Under the pieces are notes generated by a model. That model was not told the origin of the DNA, did no database searches, and saw nothing but the letters and a program-made list of their open reading frames with translations. A DNA stretch of 63,515 nucleotides, filler included, from Chthonomonadaceae bacterium (GTDB lineage: Bacteria; Armatimonadota; Chthonomonadetes; Chthonomonadales; Chthonomonadaceae): the NCBI GenBank assembly GCA_035650735.1. It is 5 parts of 5 records of this genome, joined end to end, with 100 filler letters (N's around TTAATTAATTAA, not from the genome) between each part and the next. Parts side by side here need not be neighbours in the genome. Positions count along the whole stretch, not along the records: positions 1 to 22,596 come from DASRGZ010000050.1; positions 22,697 to 51,504 come from DASRGZ010000053.1; 3 more parts are not named here. One strand, written 5' to 3'. The position numbers and the translations under genes are program-made. Positions 19,119 through 28,808 of this stretch are shown here, in pieces (within the stretch, counting starts at the first letter, position 1; the number at the start of each line of letters is the position of its first letter).

Positions 19119-19451
19119 AACCACCCGCTAACGCTAGAGCCACAGAAACACAGAGGAAAAGCAAAAGAGAGGAAGACAAACACCCTTTGGACAGGATGAA
19201 CAGGATTTACAGGATTAGAGAAAGAGAGAGAAGCCCTGTGTTACTGCGTGGTAGAAATCCGGTTAATCCCGTTAATCCTGTCTAAAACTTTTGTCTTTTG
19301 GCTTTGGCAATCCCTCCCAACGGTGTGGACGTATCTCCTCAGCAGCAGGCTGCGTGAGATTGATCCACACGGCTGGGAGTGTCTACCTTGGCTTTTCTTT
19401 CTCTTTAGTATTTTCCCCGTGACTCTGTGCCTCTAGCGTTAGCGGGTGGTT
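19119..19451. mobile_element. Foldback element with terminal inverted repeats and internal 9-mer repeats, copy 1
   Basis: 21-bp perfect TIR AACCACCCGCTAACGCTAGAG; inner inverted ACAGGAT-type repeats (19187-19216 / 19256-19285); homologous to 51352-51504 + 58879-59133. Confidence 0.8.
19306..19387 (-). mobile_element. 82-bp MITE, copy 1, with 8-bp TSD TTGGCTTT
   Basis: Imperfect TIRs GGCAATCCCTCCCA / GGTAGACACTCCCA; TTGGCTTT at 19298-19305 and 19388-19395. Confidence 0.85.
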
Positions 19452-19507
19452 CCATGTCTTTCGGGTATAATAGGTTTGAAGTTAAGAGAGCGCAAGGAGA
19501 TCGGGTA

Positions 19508-20404
19508 ATGAGTGATTATGAAGCGCAGAAGTCCACCTGGCGCACTAAGGTTGGCCTGGCGGAGATGCTCAAGGGCGGCGTCATCATGGATGTGGTGACT
19601 CCTGAGCAGGCCATCATTGCCGAGGAGGCCGGCGCGGTAGCCGTCATGGCGCTGGAGCGTGTGCCAGCCGATATTCGCAAGGAGGGCGGCGTAGCCCGGA
19701 TGTCCGACCCCAAGATGATCAAAGAGATCATGGACGCCGTCACCATTCCAGTGATGGCCAAGTGCCGCATCGGGCATTTCGTAGAAGCGCAAATCCTGGA
19801 GGCGCTCGGCGTGGACTACGTGGACGAGAGCGAAGTGCTGACTCCGGCAGACGAGGAGAACCACGTCAACAAGCACGCCTTCAAGGTGCCGTTTGTCTGC
19901 GGCTGCCGTGATCTGGGCGAGGCGCTGCGGCGTATCGGCGAGGGCGCGGCCATGATCCGCACCAAAGGCGAGGCGGGCACGGGCAACATCGTGGAAGCGG
20001 TACGCCACATGCGCACGGTAATGCGCGAGATTCGCCGACTGCAATCGCTGCGCGAGGACGAATTGATGGTGGCGGCGAAGGAGCTGCGCGCGCCCTATGA
20101 CCTGGTGGTCGAGGTGCATAAGACGGGCAAGCTGCCGGTACCCAATTTCTCAGCGGGCGGCATTGCCACCCCGGCGGACGCGGCCCTGATGATGCAGTTG
20201 GGCGCAGAAGCCGTCTTTGTCGGCTCGGGCATCTTCAAATCCTCCGATCCGAAGACGCGCGCCCGCGCCATCGTGGATGCCACCACGCACTATAACGACC
20301 CGGCGCTCCTGGCCGAGTACTCCCTGGGCCTGGGCGAGTGCATGCCCAGCCTGGATGTGCGCACGATGGCCGAGTCCGAGCGCATGGCGGTTCGCGGCTG
20401 GTAG
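19508..20404 (+). CDS. pdxS: Pyridoxal 5'-phosphate synthase lyase subunit
   Basis: [46 protein letters not shown]. Confidence 0.97.
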   Translation: MSDYEAQKSTWRTKVGLAEMLKGGVIMDVVTPEQAIIAEEAGAVAVMALERVPADIRKEGGVARMSDPKMIKEIMDAVTIPVMAKCRIGHFVEAQILEALGVDYVDESEVLTPADEENHVNKHAFKVPFVCGCRDLGEALRRIGEGAAMIRTKGEAGTGNIVEAVRHMRTVMREIRRLQSLREDELMVAAKELRAPYDLVVEVHKTGKLPVPNFSAGGIATPADAALMMQLGAEAVFVGSGIFKSSDPKTRARAIVDATTHYNDPALLAEYSLGLGECMPSLDVRTMAESERMAVRGW

Positions 20405-20561
20405 CCTTCCGCCTGTGGCCTAAATTCGGTGGGCCGATTGTTGCTGTAGAGTGCTATCGCTTGCTCTAGTAGGAAGTCACTCTGCGCGACAACCGGCCCA
20501 TTTGCATGAGTCAGGGTTGTTTCGATGCAATGCGTACCTACCGATCAGGAAACCACTGTCT

Positions 20562-20933
20562 ATGACGCGCCCACACAAACAACCGCCTCGCGCCGACACC
20601 GCGCCTTCTGAGCAGGAAACCCCGCCCCCCACTGCCGGTTATCAGGAACCGCACGCGCCGCAAGAGCCGACGGAGGCCCAGAGCCAAAACGGCCTGGATG
20701 TCCGAGAGCGCCTGTTGGCCATCATCACCGGAACGCTAAATCCCTCTCTGCGTGCGTTGCTGGAGGAACTTGTCCGCCGCTCCATCGAGGAGGAAGAGGC
20801 TCGCGTGATCTCCAGAGGGACGATAGAACATATCGCCAATTCTGAAGTCTACGCCATTGACTACGACATCCACCTCCGTTATCGATTCACGGCAGGACAG
20901 GCGCCCGTAGAACGCCGTAGTGACGAAAGCTAA
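20562..20933 (+). CDS. Hypothetical protein
   Basis: Open frame with AGGA upstream; no recognisable motif. Confidence 0.4.
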   Translation: MTRPHKQPPRADTAPSEQETPPPTAGYQEPHAPQEPTEAQSQNGLDVRERLLAIITGTLNPSLRALLEELVRRSIEEEEARVISRGTIEHIANSEVYAIDYDIHLRYRFTAGQAPVERRSDES

Positions 20934-21052
20934 GGAGCCCGTAGCGGCCCTTCCGGTTTTTGCCGACTTATTCCGGGAGGGATAAGGCCAACGGCAGCAG
21001 AATAGAAAATGGAATCCCGAAGTTTAGGGAAGGAAAGGAAAGCGTTCGCTCT

Positions 21053-21925
21053 ATGAAAGCTGTATTGACACGGGGCCTTTGGGCTGCCTGGCCCAATCGG
21101 GCCTGGCGCGGCTGGCTGATGACGGGGCTGTTGCTGGGGATCAGCGCGGCCTCCCTCCCTATCCAGGCCCAGATAACCAGAGCGCCCGGAACACACGCAA
21201 AGAAGCCACCGATGAATATCCAGAAGAAAGGTTGGGAGCTCGTCTTTCACGACGAGTTCGACGGCGATAAGCTCGATACGCGCAAGTGGATCGACTCCTA
21301 TCCCGATAACGAGCGCACCCACAGCAACAACGAGCAGCAATACTACGCGCCGGACGGCTACGAGGTTAAGGACGGGTATCTGCGGTTCATAGCGGAGAAG
21401 CGCGCTATGGGCGGCATGCCCTACACGTCCGGCATGATCTCGTCTTATGGCAAGTTCTCCCAAAAGTACGGCTGGTTTGAGATTCGGGCGCGATTCCCTA
21501 AAGGGAAGGGCTATTGGCCCGCCTTCTGGCTCCTGCCGGAGACGAAAGACTGGCCGCCGGAGATAGATGTGCTGGAAATCCTCGGCCACGAGCCCAATAA
21601 GGTCTACATGACCAATCACTGGAAAAACGCCAACGGCGAGCACGAGGGCAAGGGCGACTCCTTCACCGGCCCCGACTTTTCCGCCGATTTCCACACGTTT
21701 GCCGTAGACTGGGAGCCTACGGAGATTATCTGGTACGTGGATGGCGTGGAGCGCTACCGAACCACCCAGCACGTGCCTGCCGAGCCCATGTATATTTTGG
21801 CGAACCTGGCCGTCGGCGGGGACTGGCCCGGCAACCCGGACGAGACGACCCCCTTCCCCGGCTACATGGACATTGATTACATCCGCGTGTACCAGAAAGC
21901 CAACTCCCGCCCCGCCGCACGCTAA
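21053..21925 (+). CDS. Glycoside hydrolase family 16 (laminarinase-like), secreted
   Basis: WELVFHDEFDG, WPAFWL, EIDVLE catalytic motif, DFHTFAVDW, NLAVGG.WPG. Confidence 0.92.
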   Translation: MKAVLTRGLWAAWPNRAWRGWLMTGLLLGISAASLPIQAQITRAPGTHAKKPPMNIQKKGWELVFHDEFDGDKLDTRKWIDSYPDNERTHSNNEQQYYAPDGYEVKDGYLRFIAEKRAMGGMPYTSGMISSYGKFSQKYGWFEIRARFPKGKGYWPAFWLLPETKDWPPEIDVLEILGHEPNKVYMTNHWKNANGEHEGKGDSFTGPDFSADFHTFAVDWEPTEIIWYVDGVERYRTTQHVPAEPMYILANLAVGGDWPGNPDETTPFPGYMDIDYIRVYQKANSRPAAR

Positions 21926-22053
21926 GGACAAAGCGTGCCGGTGCGCTCAGGCTTCGTCGGTGAAACGCGTTCGCTACCCCAAACTCTTCCGGTTTTATCT
22001 GGTGTTGTGCCCTTATCAATGCGGTTCCAGAGAGACCTGAAGGGAGATTAACA

Positions 22054-22596
22054 ATGAGACATGGAGTTTGTCTGCTGGCAGGGATCGGCTTGCTCTTTAC
22101 CTGCGGCATCACGCTCTCGGCGCCGGAAACCGCCAACTACCACCAGATCAAGAAGATCGCTGTGGGTGGGGAAGGCGGCTGGGATTACCTCACCATTGAC
22201 GGCCCAGCGCATCGTCTCTATATCACCCGTTTCAATCGCGTCACCGTCCTGGATGTAGATAAGGACGTTGTCGTGGGCGAGATCGCCAATACCCCCGGCG
22301 TTCATGGGGTCGCCCTTGTCCCAAAACTGCGGCGCGGGTTTACCAGCAATGGAGGCGATAATACGGTCACCGTCTTCGACCTCAACACGCTCAAGGAAAT
22401 GCAGCGCGTGCCGGTCGGCACCCGCCCCGACGCCATCATTTTCGACCCGGCGACTAATCGCGTGTTCACCTTTAATGGCGGCAGCCACGACGCCACCGCC
22501 ATTGACGCGGCCAGCACGAAGGTCGTAGGGACCGTTCCCCTGGAGGGTCGCCCGGAGTTCGCCGTCGCCGACGGCAAGGGAGAGGTCTTCGTCAAT
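22054..22596 (+). CDS. YncE-like beta-propeller protein, 3'-truncated by gap
   Basis: Signal peptide; GGEGGWDYL, GVHGVAL, RGFTSNG, PEFAVADG. Confidence 0.8.
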
Positions 22597-22696
22597 NNNN
22601 NNNNNNNNNNNNNNNNNNNNNNNNNNNNNNNNNNNNNNNNTTAATTAATTAANNNNNNNNNNNNNNNNNNNNNNNNNNNNNNNNNNNNNNNNNNNN
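22597..22696. other. Artificial contig linker (also 51505-51604, 54674-54773, 58779-58878)
   Basis: N-run + TTAATTAATTAA (stops in all six frames) + N-run. Confidence 0.98.
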
Positions 22697-23115
22697 AGGA
22701 CCAGGGTTTGCGTAGCCGCCGAGAGTAGAACCTGCCCCCCATGCCCAATGGCAAGGAGACGGGCCACGCGGTTGAGGGGCTGTCCGAAGTAGTCACCGTC
22801 GCGTTCCTCGGCGTTGCCGGTGTGCAGGGCCATACGCACCCGCAGCGATAGCCCCTCTTGCCAGGGCTCGGCGACCAGAGCGCGCTGGGCAGACAGAGCG
22901 GCGGCCAGGCCCTCAGTTGCGCTATGGAAGGCGGCACAAAACGCATCCCCCATGGTCTTGAATACCAGGCCGTTGTTGCCCTCTATGGCCTGGCGCAGGA
23001 GGGCGTCATGGCGAGCGAGAGCAGAGCGCATGGCCTCCGGGTGCTGCTCCCAGAGGCGCGTAGAGCCTTCGATGTCGGTGAACAGGAACGTGACGGTTCC
23101 AGTGGGTCGGGGCAT
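22697..23115 (-). CDS. Class III adenylate/guanylate cyclase domain protein, N-terminal part truncated by gap
   Basis: PTGTVTFLFTDIEGSTRLW, KTMGDAF, RMALHTG, NRVARL...GHGGQVL. Confidence 0.88.
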
Positions 23116-23402
23116 GACATACCTCGCGAAGATCGAATGCACGACTCATATTCGGCGATCTAGAGTGCCTGTCCTGCCAGGTAAAGACAAAAACCACACG
23201 GTGTGCCGCTTCGCGCCTGGCCGTATCTCTTTGCAAAACGGGCGGATAGATCATGGGACAAGCCGCCGTGAAACTCTCTGCTTTTTGCCTTCTAGAAGCC
23301 GGGGCCATTGCAGGCAGGAATGGATAAAACTCTAGCGAATAGGAGGGTATAGCGAAGAAGCGGAGGAGAGAGGCGTGGCCCTCTGCGAAGGAGACAAGGG
23401 AG

Positions 23403-24569
23403 ATGTGGCGCAAATTGTGGTCCTTTATCGCTCTCATGGCCCTGCAAATAGGACTTGCAGCGCTGCCCTGCGGTTCCTCTGCGCAGGAGACGTCTGCGCT
23501 CAAATCCTGGGAAAAGTTCGACTTCTCTCAACGAGTCATCGCGCCGTCACAGGCCGGGAAGCTATCGCTTGCCGATCTGAAGCGCGTGCGCGGAATCCTC
23601 TTCGGGCGGCATGGCCGCATCTTCAAGGAGCCAGACATCCAGGAGTATCTGGAGGAGCGCCCGTGGTACAAGCCCGATACACATTTCAACAACGCCCGGC
23701 TTAACGACACGGAACGCAAGGATCTAGACATCATCCGCGAGGCCGAGGCCAGAAAGCATCGCTATGTCGAGCCCGGCGACCTGCGGTTCTACCAGAACCG
23801 TCCCTTCACGCCGGAGCAGCTTGGCAAGCACACGCTGGCCGAACTGCATATCATGCGCGCCGAGATCGAGGCCATTCACGGCAAGCGCTTTGATTCCGAG
23901 CCGCTGCTACAGACCTACTTTGAAGAGCGCTACTGGTATAAGCCCGACCCACACTATAACCCTGCCGACCTCTCGGAAACCGAACAGCACAATCTGGCGG
24001 TGCTGGCGGCAGCGGAGAAGCGCAAGCGCAACCTGAAGCTGGCGCCCGGCGACATGCAGGCGTTCCAGAACCAGCGTATCAGTCAGGATATGCTTAATGG
24101 CCTCAGCCTGCACGAACTGCGCCTGCTGCGCAACGAGATCTATGCGCTGCACGGACAGCGCTTTCCCAAACAGTGGATGCGCGACTACTTTGAGATGCAG
24201 CCCTGGTATAAGCCGCTGCCGCCGCCCCAAAAGCCGCAGTTGACGCCCATCGAGATACGCAACGTCGCCACCATTCTGCGGCGCGAGCAGGAGCTGCACG
24301 CGCAGTTGAGCGCCGAGCCGATTTCGCCCTCGGTTCTCAACGGCCTGTTCCTCGAAGACGCGCGCAACCTGCGCCTGGAAATCTATGCGCGGCACGGGAA
24401 AATCTTTAAAACCAAATGGCTGCAAGACTACTTCTCCAGCCTGCCCTGGTACACGCCGAATCCTGACTTCCGGGATTCGATGCTGAGCGCGACGGAGCGA
24501 AAGAACATCGCCACCATACGCGCCTACGAGAAAAAGGCGCAGAGCATGTTCGACGCGGTAGAAGGATGA
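23403..24569 (+). CDS. Secreted protein with four tandem YARHG domains
   Basis: Signal peptide; FGRHG, EAIHG, YALHG and YARHG, each followed by F...Y F/L....WYxP. Confidence 0.88.
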   Translation: MWRKLWSFIALMALQIGLAALPCGSSAQETSALKSWEKFDFSQRVIAPSQAGKLSLADLKRVRGILFGRHGRIFKEPDIQEYLEERPWYKPDTHFNNARLNDTERKDLDIIREAEARKHRYVEPGDLRFYQNRPFTPEQLGKHTLAELHIMRAEIEAIHGKRFDSEPLLQTYFEERYWYKPDPHYNPADLSETEQHNLAVLAAAEKRKRNLKLAPGDMQAFQNQRISQDMLNGLSLHELRLLRNEIYALHGQRFPKQWMRDYFEMQPWYKPLPPPQKPQLTPIEIRNVATILRREQELHAQLSAEPISPSVLNGLFLEDARNLRLEIYARHGKIFKTKWLQDYFSSLPWYTPNPDFRDSMLSATERKNIATIRAYEKKAQSMFDAVEG

Positions 24570-24636
24570 TGAGCGGCTGCGTCCCGCGTGACGGGACGAC
24601 AAACAAGCACCGATTCTAATTAAGGAGTAGTGGACG

Positions 24637-26652
24637 TTGCTAACGAAAATACGGCGGCTGAGGCTCGGCTTGCTGGTCGTCTTCGCCCTGCTGGCGCAGC
24701 AGGGAGGAGACTGTAAGGGGGCGCGGATTGCCCCGATCTCTTTCGGGCAAAACTTCTCGGTGCAGGTGACACAGAGCGGCGGTTTGCTGGTCACGGCGGG
24801 CAGAGAGACCTATGCCATTGAGTCGAATTTCTCCTACCCCAACATGCCCCCGGAGCGCTGGAACACGCTGGGCGTCTCCGGCGGGGGCAGGGGCGAGTGG
24901 AACATGACGCTCACCCAGCGGGATAACGGCTTTCAGATTCTGGGCACAGGGCGCTACTATCGCCTGCGGCGTACCGTCACCATCGAGCAAGACCATCTGC
25001 GCATCGAGGACGCCTTTACCAATCTTACCGACGACGCCCTCGGCATCGCCTTCGATAACCGAGTCCGCCCCACGCGCCCCCCCGCCCAACTCCACGTCTC
25101 CGGCCCCTACAAGCAGACCCACTATCCCTATGTCCCCTCTGACCCCGCCTGGAACCCCACTCTCTATTTTGCCGGCGACCGGGCCGGGCTGGGCATCGTC
25201 GCCCTTGACGACTTCTACCGCCTCCAGCTCGCCCTCAAGCGCGACGGCGACGCCGCCTGGCTCGAAAACCGCAGCTTTGGCCTGCCCCCCCACGACACCT
25301 ATACCTTCGTCTGGGCCGTCTATCCCACCGCCTCCGCCGACTACTACGACTTCATCAACGCCGTCCGCCGCGATGCCGTCCCCAACTATCCCCTCGAAGG
25401 CTCCTGTGCCTTCCTCGAATACGAGCTGCCCACCCTCTGGCCTAAAGAGAAGATGGCCGACTGGCTCAAGCAGCGCGCCGCCAAGATGGTCATTCTCATC
25501 GGCCCCTATAGCGGCGGCCCCTGGCTCGGCGAGGACTCTAACTACATCTACAAAGTCCCAAACTTCAACCTGGACGCCTACCTCCAGACGCTCAAGAAGG
25601 CCCGCCAGGCGCTCAAGGCCATTGACCCCCAGATCAAGTGCCTGGCCCCCTTTGAGACCGCCCTCAGCCCCGACCTGGCTCCAGGGGACACGAAGGTGCG
25701 CTTCCCCGATAGCGTCTCCATCCTGCCCGACGGCACGCCCGCCGGATACCGATGGCCCCAGGAGCCGGAGGCGCGTCAGAAGTTCCTGCAAAACCAGGGG
25801 CATCAGTATATCTACTATCCGACCCTCACCAATAGCTACTACGCCTTCGTCCGCGACCGCATCCAGCGCGCCCTCCACGACGCCGAAATGGACGGCATCT
25901 ATTTCGACCTCTTCTCTTATGCCTACGGCGACCACGGCTTCCGCTGGACTTACGACCGTTGGGACAACCGCACGGTTGACCTCGACCCCAAAACCTACAC
26001 CCTCCGGCGCAAGAAGGCCGACCTCTGCAAGCTGACCGAGGACGCCCGCGCCGCCCTGGTACAGACCATCCTGGACGCCAAGCCCGGCAACGTCGTCGTC
26101 GCCAACGACATGGGCGTCGCCTCCAAGATACGCGCCCTGCCCATCTACCACTTCCGGGAAACGATGGAAGACTACGGCTACGTGACGACTCACTTCTCCA
26201 CGCCCATCATTCTGGGATGGACGCCCGACTTCTTTGCCGACGCCAAATCTATCGGTAAGGAGGGCGACTGGTGGCGCGAGTGGAAGACCGACAAGGACTA
26301 TTTTGAGGACATCAAAGACAAGCTGCGCAGCGGCTGCCTCTACTATACCTATATCGCTCCGCCCGGAAAGTACGGCCTGAGCACGCTCACGCACCCGACC
26401 CTCCTCTCCCACATGTTTCCTATCACCATCCAGGAGCTCCACGCCGGATGGATTCAGGGCAAGGAGCGCATACTCACGCTCCTACCGGGCCGCTACTCCT
26501 GGCACGACCAGAGCCAGGCCGTCGCCTACGGCTATGATAGCGACGGCAAGGAATGCCCTGCCCAGCTCACCACGATTACGAATTCGGACGGCACGCATTC
26601 CTTTGAGGTCCGCTTCCCCGAAGGAGGCGCCGCCGTCCTCGAAAAACGCTGA
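24637..26652 (+). CDS. Secreted hypothetical protein, probable glycoside hydrolase-like TIM barrel
   Basis: AAGGAG SD before TTG, signal peptide, MDGIYFD motif. Confidence 0.65.
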   Translation: MLTKIRRLRLGLLVVFALLAQQGGDCKGARIAPISFGQNFSVQVTQSGGLLVTAGRETYAIESNFSYPNMPPERWNTLGVSGGGRGEWNMTLTQRDNGFQILGTGRYYRLRRTVTIEQDHLRIEDAFTNLTDDALGIAFDNRVRPTRPPAQLHVSGPYKQTHYPYVPSDPAWNPTLYFAGDRAGLGIVALDDFYRLQLALKRDGDAAWLENRSFGLPPHDTYTFVWAVYPTASADYYDFINAVRRDAVPNYPLEGSCAFLEYELPTLWPKEKMADWLKQRAAKMVILIGPYSGGPWLGEDSNYIYKVPNFNLDAYLQTLKKARQALKAIDPQIKCLAPFETALSPDLAPGDTKVRFPDSVSILPDGTPAGYRWPQEPEARQKFLQNQGHQYIYYPTLTNSYYAFVRDRIQRALHDAEMDGIYFDLFSYAYGDHGFRWTYDRWDNRTVDLDPKTYTLRRKKADLCKLTEDARAALVQTILDAKPGNVVVANDMGVASKIRALPIYHFRETMEDYGYVTTHFSTPIILGWTPDFFADAKSIGKEGDWWREWKTDKDYFEDIKDKLRSGCLYYTYIAPPGKYGLSTLTHPTLLSHMFPITIQELHAGWIQGKERILTLLPGRYSWHDQSQAVAYGYDSDGKECPAQLTTITNSDGTHSFEVRFPEGGAAVLEKR

Positions 26653-26679
26653 AAGGAGAGGGGAGAGGCGAAGCCTGGG

Positions 26680-26848
26680 TCTCCCCTCATCTCCGGCCCT
26701 TCTCCCTAGCAGGGAGAAGGGAGAAGAGAAGCCGGGATTTTCTTCTGCCTGCGTAGGCAGGCCGCGGGCCTGGCTAGGCGGAGGTTCCCAACCGTTGAGG
26801 AACCGACCCTAGCAGAGCCCCACAGCGGCAGGGTTTAGCCTGCCGGGC
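26680..26848. repeat. Mosaic REP cluster
   Basis: cccttctccc-tagca-gggagaaggg, tgcctgcgtaggca and CGGCAGGGTTTAGCCTGCCG (26826-26845). Confidence 0.75.
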
Positions 26849-26856
26849 TGGAGGTG

Positions 26857-26937
26857 GGTAGACACCCCCAATCGTGTGGATACATCTCAAAAGCGTGCGC
26901 TCCATGAGAAGCGTCAACACGGTTGGGAGGGATTACC
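26857..26937 (+). mobile_element. 81-bp MITE, copy 2, with 8-bp TSD TGGAGGTG
   Basis: Colinear with the reverse complement of 19306-19387; TGGAGGTG at 26849-26856 and 26938-26945. Confidence 0.85.
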
Positions 26938-26956
26938 TGGAGGTGAGGTCTCTCGC

Positions 26957-27021
26957 AAAAAGCAACGGCCCGCCACCTGTTTCGGAGGGGAAAGTTCCTC
27001 TCCCAAGCAGGCGGCGGGCCG
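26957..27021 (-). terminator. Probable intrinsic terminator
   Basis: Long GC stem cggcccgcc...ggcgggccg followed by a T-run on the minus strand. Confidence 0.55.
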
Positions 27022-27054
27022 AAGTTATGGATGGAGTCTAACTAGTGCCCGGGG

Positions 27055-27744
27055 TTAGCCGGCGACGGCAACCTCCGGAAGGCGCGCGGGCGCGCCGCCG
27101 GTAACTGTAGCATGGCGCGGGCGCTTGGCCGGATGCGCGGCCCCGTTGGCCCGATGACGGCGCTTGAACGGCGTGCGCAGCACGATCTTTTTGTAGTCCA
27201 GGCCAGCCGCAGTCAGCGCGCGGTCCCAACTCTCGAAGCGGCGGCGTGCCGCCGTGATGAGCGTGATGTCGTACTCCTCCATGTTCTTGGCGTTGAGGTC
27301 CACGCCCTGGGCATGGAGTTCCTGCAAGCTGCGCTTGATGGTCTCTTCATCCCACTCACGATAGCGGCGGATCTGGCTGTAATCCAGACCGGCGGCAGCC
27401 ACGGCGTTGCGCCAGGAGCCGAAGTGCTTGCGCTTGGTGGCAGCGGCGGCCAGCTGCGGGTCCAGCTTCGTGCTGACGTGCCGCCAGCTCAGGTCTTCGC
27501 CCTTGTCATGCAGCTCGCGAATGCGATCCAGAATGCGCTGGCGACTCCAGGTCTTGTAGCGGCGGATCTCTTCGTAGTTGAGGCCGGCATACTCAATGGC
27601 GGCCCGCCAGGACCCGAAATACCGGGTGGCAGCCCGCAGCAAGGCGACCTGTTCCTGAGCGATATGGGCGTAGTTCAAATCCTCGCCCGATTGATAGAGA
27701 CGGAGGATCTCCTGTCCAATAGATTCTTTACTCCACTTTCGCAC
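27055..27744 (-). CDS. Protein of three ~65-70 aa repeats (W..E.I...FGSW..A...AGL), putative DNA-binding
   Basis: Three clear internal repeats and a basic C-tail; resembles homing-endonuclease-associated repeats. Confidence 0.8.
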   Translation of the reverse strand: MRKWSKESIGQEILRLYQSGEDLNYAHIAQEQVALLRAATRYFGSWRAAIEYAGLNYEEIRRYKTWSRQRILDRIRELHDKGEDLSWRHVSTKLDPQLAAAATKRKHFGSWRNAVAAAGLDYSQIRRYREWDEETIKRSLQELHAQGVDLNAKNMEEYDITLITAARRRFESWDRALTAAGLDYKKIVLRTPFKRRHRANGAAHPAKRPRHATVTGGAPARLPEVAVAG

Positions 27745-27975
27745 TTGAGGTATCGTTCCTTCCCTTATCTATTTGGCCGTACCTGGGATCCCTGTCTGCA
27801 TCCTGCTGCGATAACCTGGTAGGGAACCGCAGAGCGGCGTGACCTGGTCTCCAGTGCGGCGCGGCTTGCTCGGTTAGGCCGGAGAGCTTGTCAAAAGCAC
27901 TGCCGGCTCTGGTGGCCTCTGCATCCTCCTGGCGCACTGCACGCCAGGGCAAAATCAGGTCCGCAGGAGGGCTGC

Positions 27976-28035
27976 AGTATTAGTAGGCTTTGTAATACTA
28001 TTACTATGATAGAAGATATATGGCCTTGATGTCAA
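27976..28035 (-). promoter_or_regulatory. Sigma70 promoter with adjacent palindromic operator
   Basis: Minus strand TTGACA-18-TATCAT (28035-28006); AGTATTA-N10-TAATACT at 27976-27999. Confidence 0.6.
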
Positions 28036-28238
28036 GCAATTCGCGCGTTTTTTCACAATTTTATTACGCTTGTTGCTGGGATTGGAGCCCGGAGTGCGCG
28101 CGCCGCCCAGAAGGCAGGAGTTTGCGCCCATCCTATGGAAAATAGCTTATCGTTCTGGCTTCCGAACCCAGGAGTTGCCGGCCACGCCCCGGCAGGCCGG
28201 CGCAGGAGGCCAGGCAGCAAGAAGGGAGAAAATTCGCT

Positions 28239-28742
28239 ATGACCCAGCACGCCGGACGCTTGACTTGCCCCCGCTGTGGGGCCAATAACTTTAGTACCGT
28301 GACCGCCTGCTGGAAGTGCAGCGCGCCACTCAACGCAGCAGGCAATCCGTCCGCGTCCGCAGCGGCCCCGGCCTATCCACCGACGCCCTCCGTCGAGCGC
28401 GCCGCGATGGCTCCCGTTACCTATGCGCCTGCCACCGCCGATGGCGATCCGGGTGTCGCCCGCCGCGCCGCCATTGCGCTGGCGCTGCTCATCCCCTGGA
28501 TCGGCCTGCCTGTCGGCTGGATCTTTATGATGATCGAGGATAGCCGTAAGCAGGCCGTCGGACGGATCTGCGTCCTGTGGAGCACCATAGCGCTAATTTT
28601 CCACCTTTTTCTGATGTACGCTTTAGCAGCGCAAATGGTGCCCTATCTCCAGATGGCTTTGGGCATTACGCGCAATACGCTCCAGAATGGCGGCAAAGGC
28701 GGCGGATTGGGCGGCGATCTGGAGGGCGGCGGGATTCGCTAG
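28239..28742 (+). CDS. Zinc-ribbon membrane protein
   Basis: CPRC...CWKC, Pro/Ala linker, two hydrophobic segments. Confidence 0.75.
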   Translation: MTQHAGRLTCPRCGANNFSTVTACWKCSAPLNAAGNPSASAAAPAYPPTPSVERAAMAPVTYAPATADGDPGVARRAAIALALLIPWIGLPVGWIFMMIEDSRKQAVGRICVLWSTIALIFHLFLMYALAAQMVPYLQMALGITRNTLQNGGKGGGLGGDLEGGGIR

Positions 28743-28808
28743 CGCCCTCCGGCGTCACCGCATTGGAGCGCGGGAGATTTCTTTCCCCGCAGTATATCCA
28801 GACGAGTT

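Noticed and set aside
19508..20404. pdxS without adjacent pdxT as a novelty
   Set aside because: pdxT may lie elsewhere in the genome; this cannot be judged from the window.
22641..22652. TTAATTAATTAA as a biological motif
   Set aside because: It is an identical six-frame-stop linker inside every N-run, so artificial.
25020..26220. Strong C-richness of the + strand as a hidden signal
   Set aside because: Similar skew appears in minus-strand genes (~45900-46330, ~49300-49900); consistent with strand compositional bias, with no periodic structure seen.
24640..26442. 600-aa antisense ORF (and similar ones at 13085-14395, 46543-47616, 59109-60494)
   Set aside because: These are shadows of high-GC3 genes on the opposite strand, with no motifs or SD.
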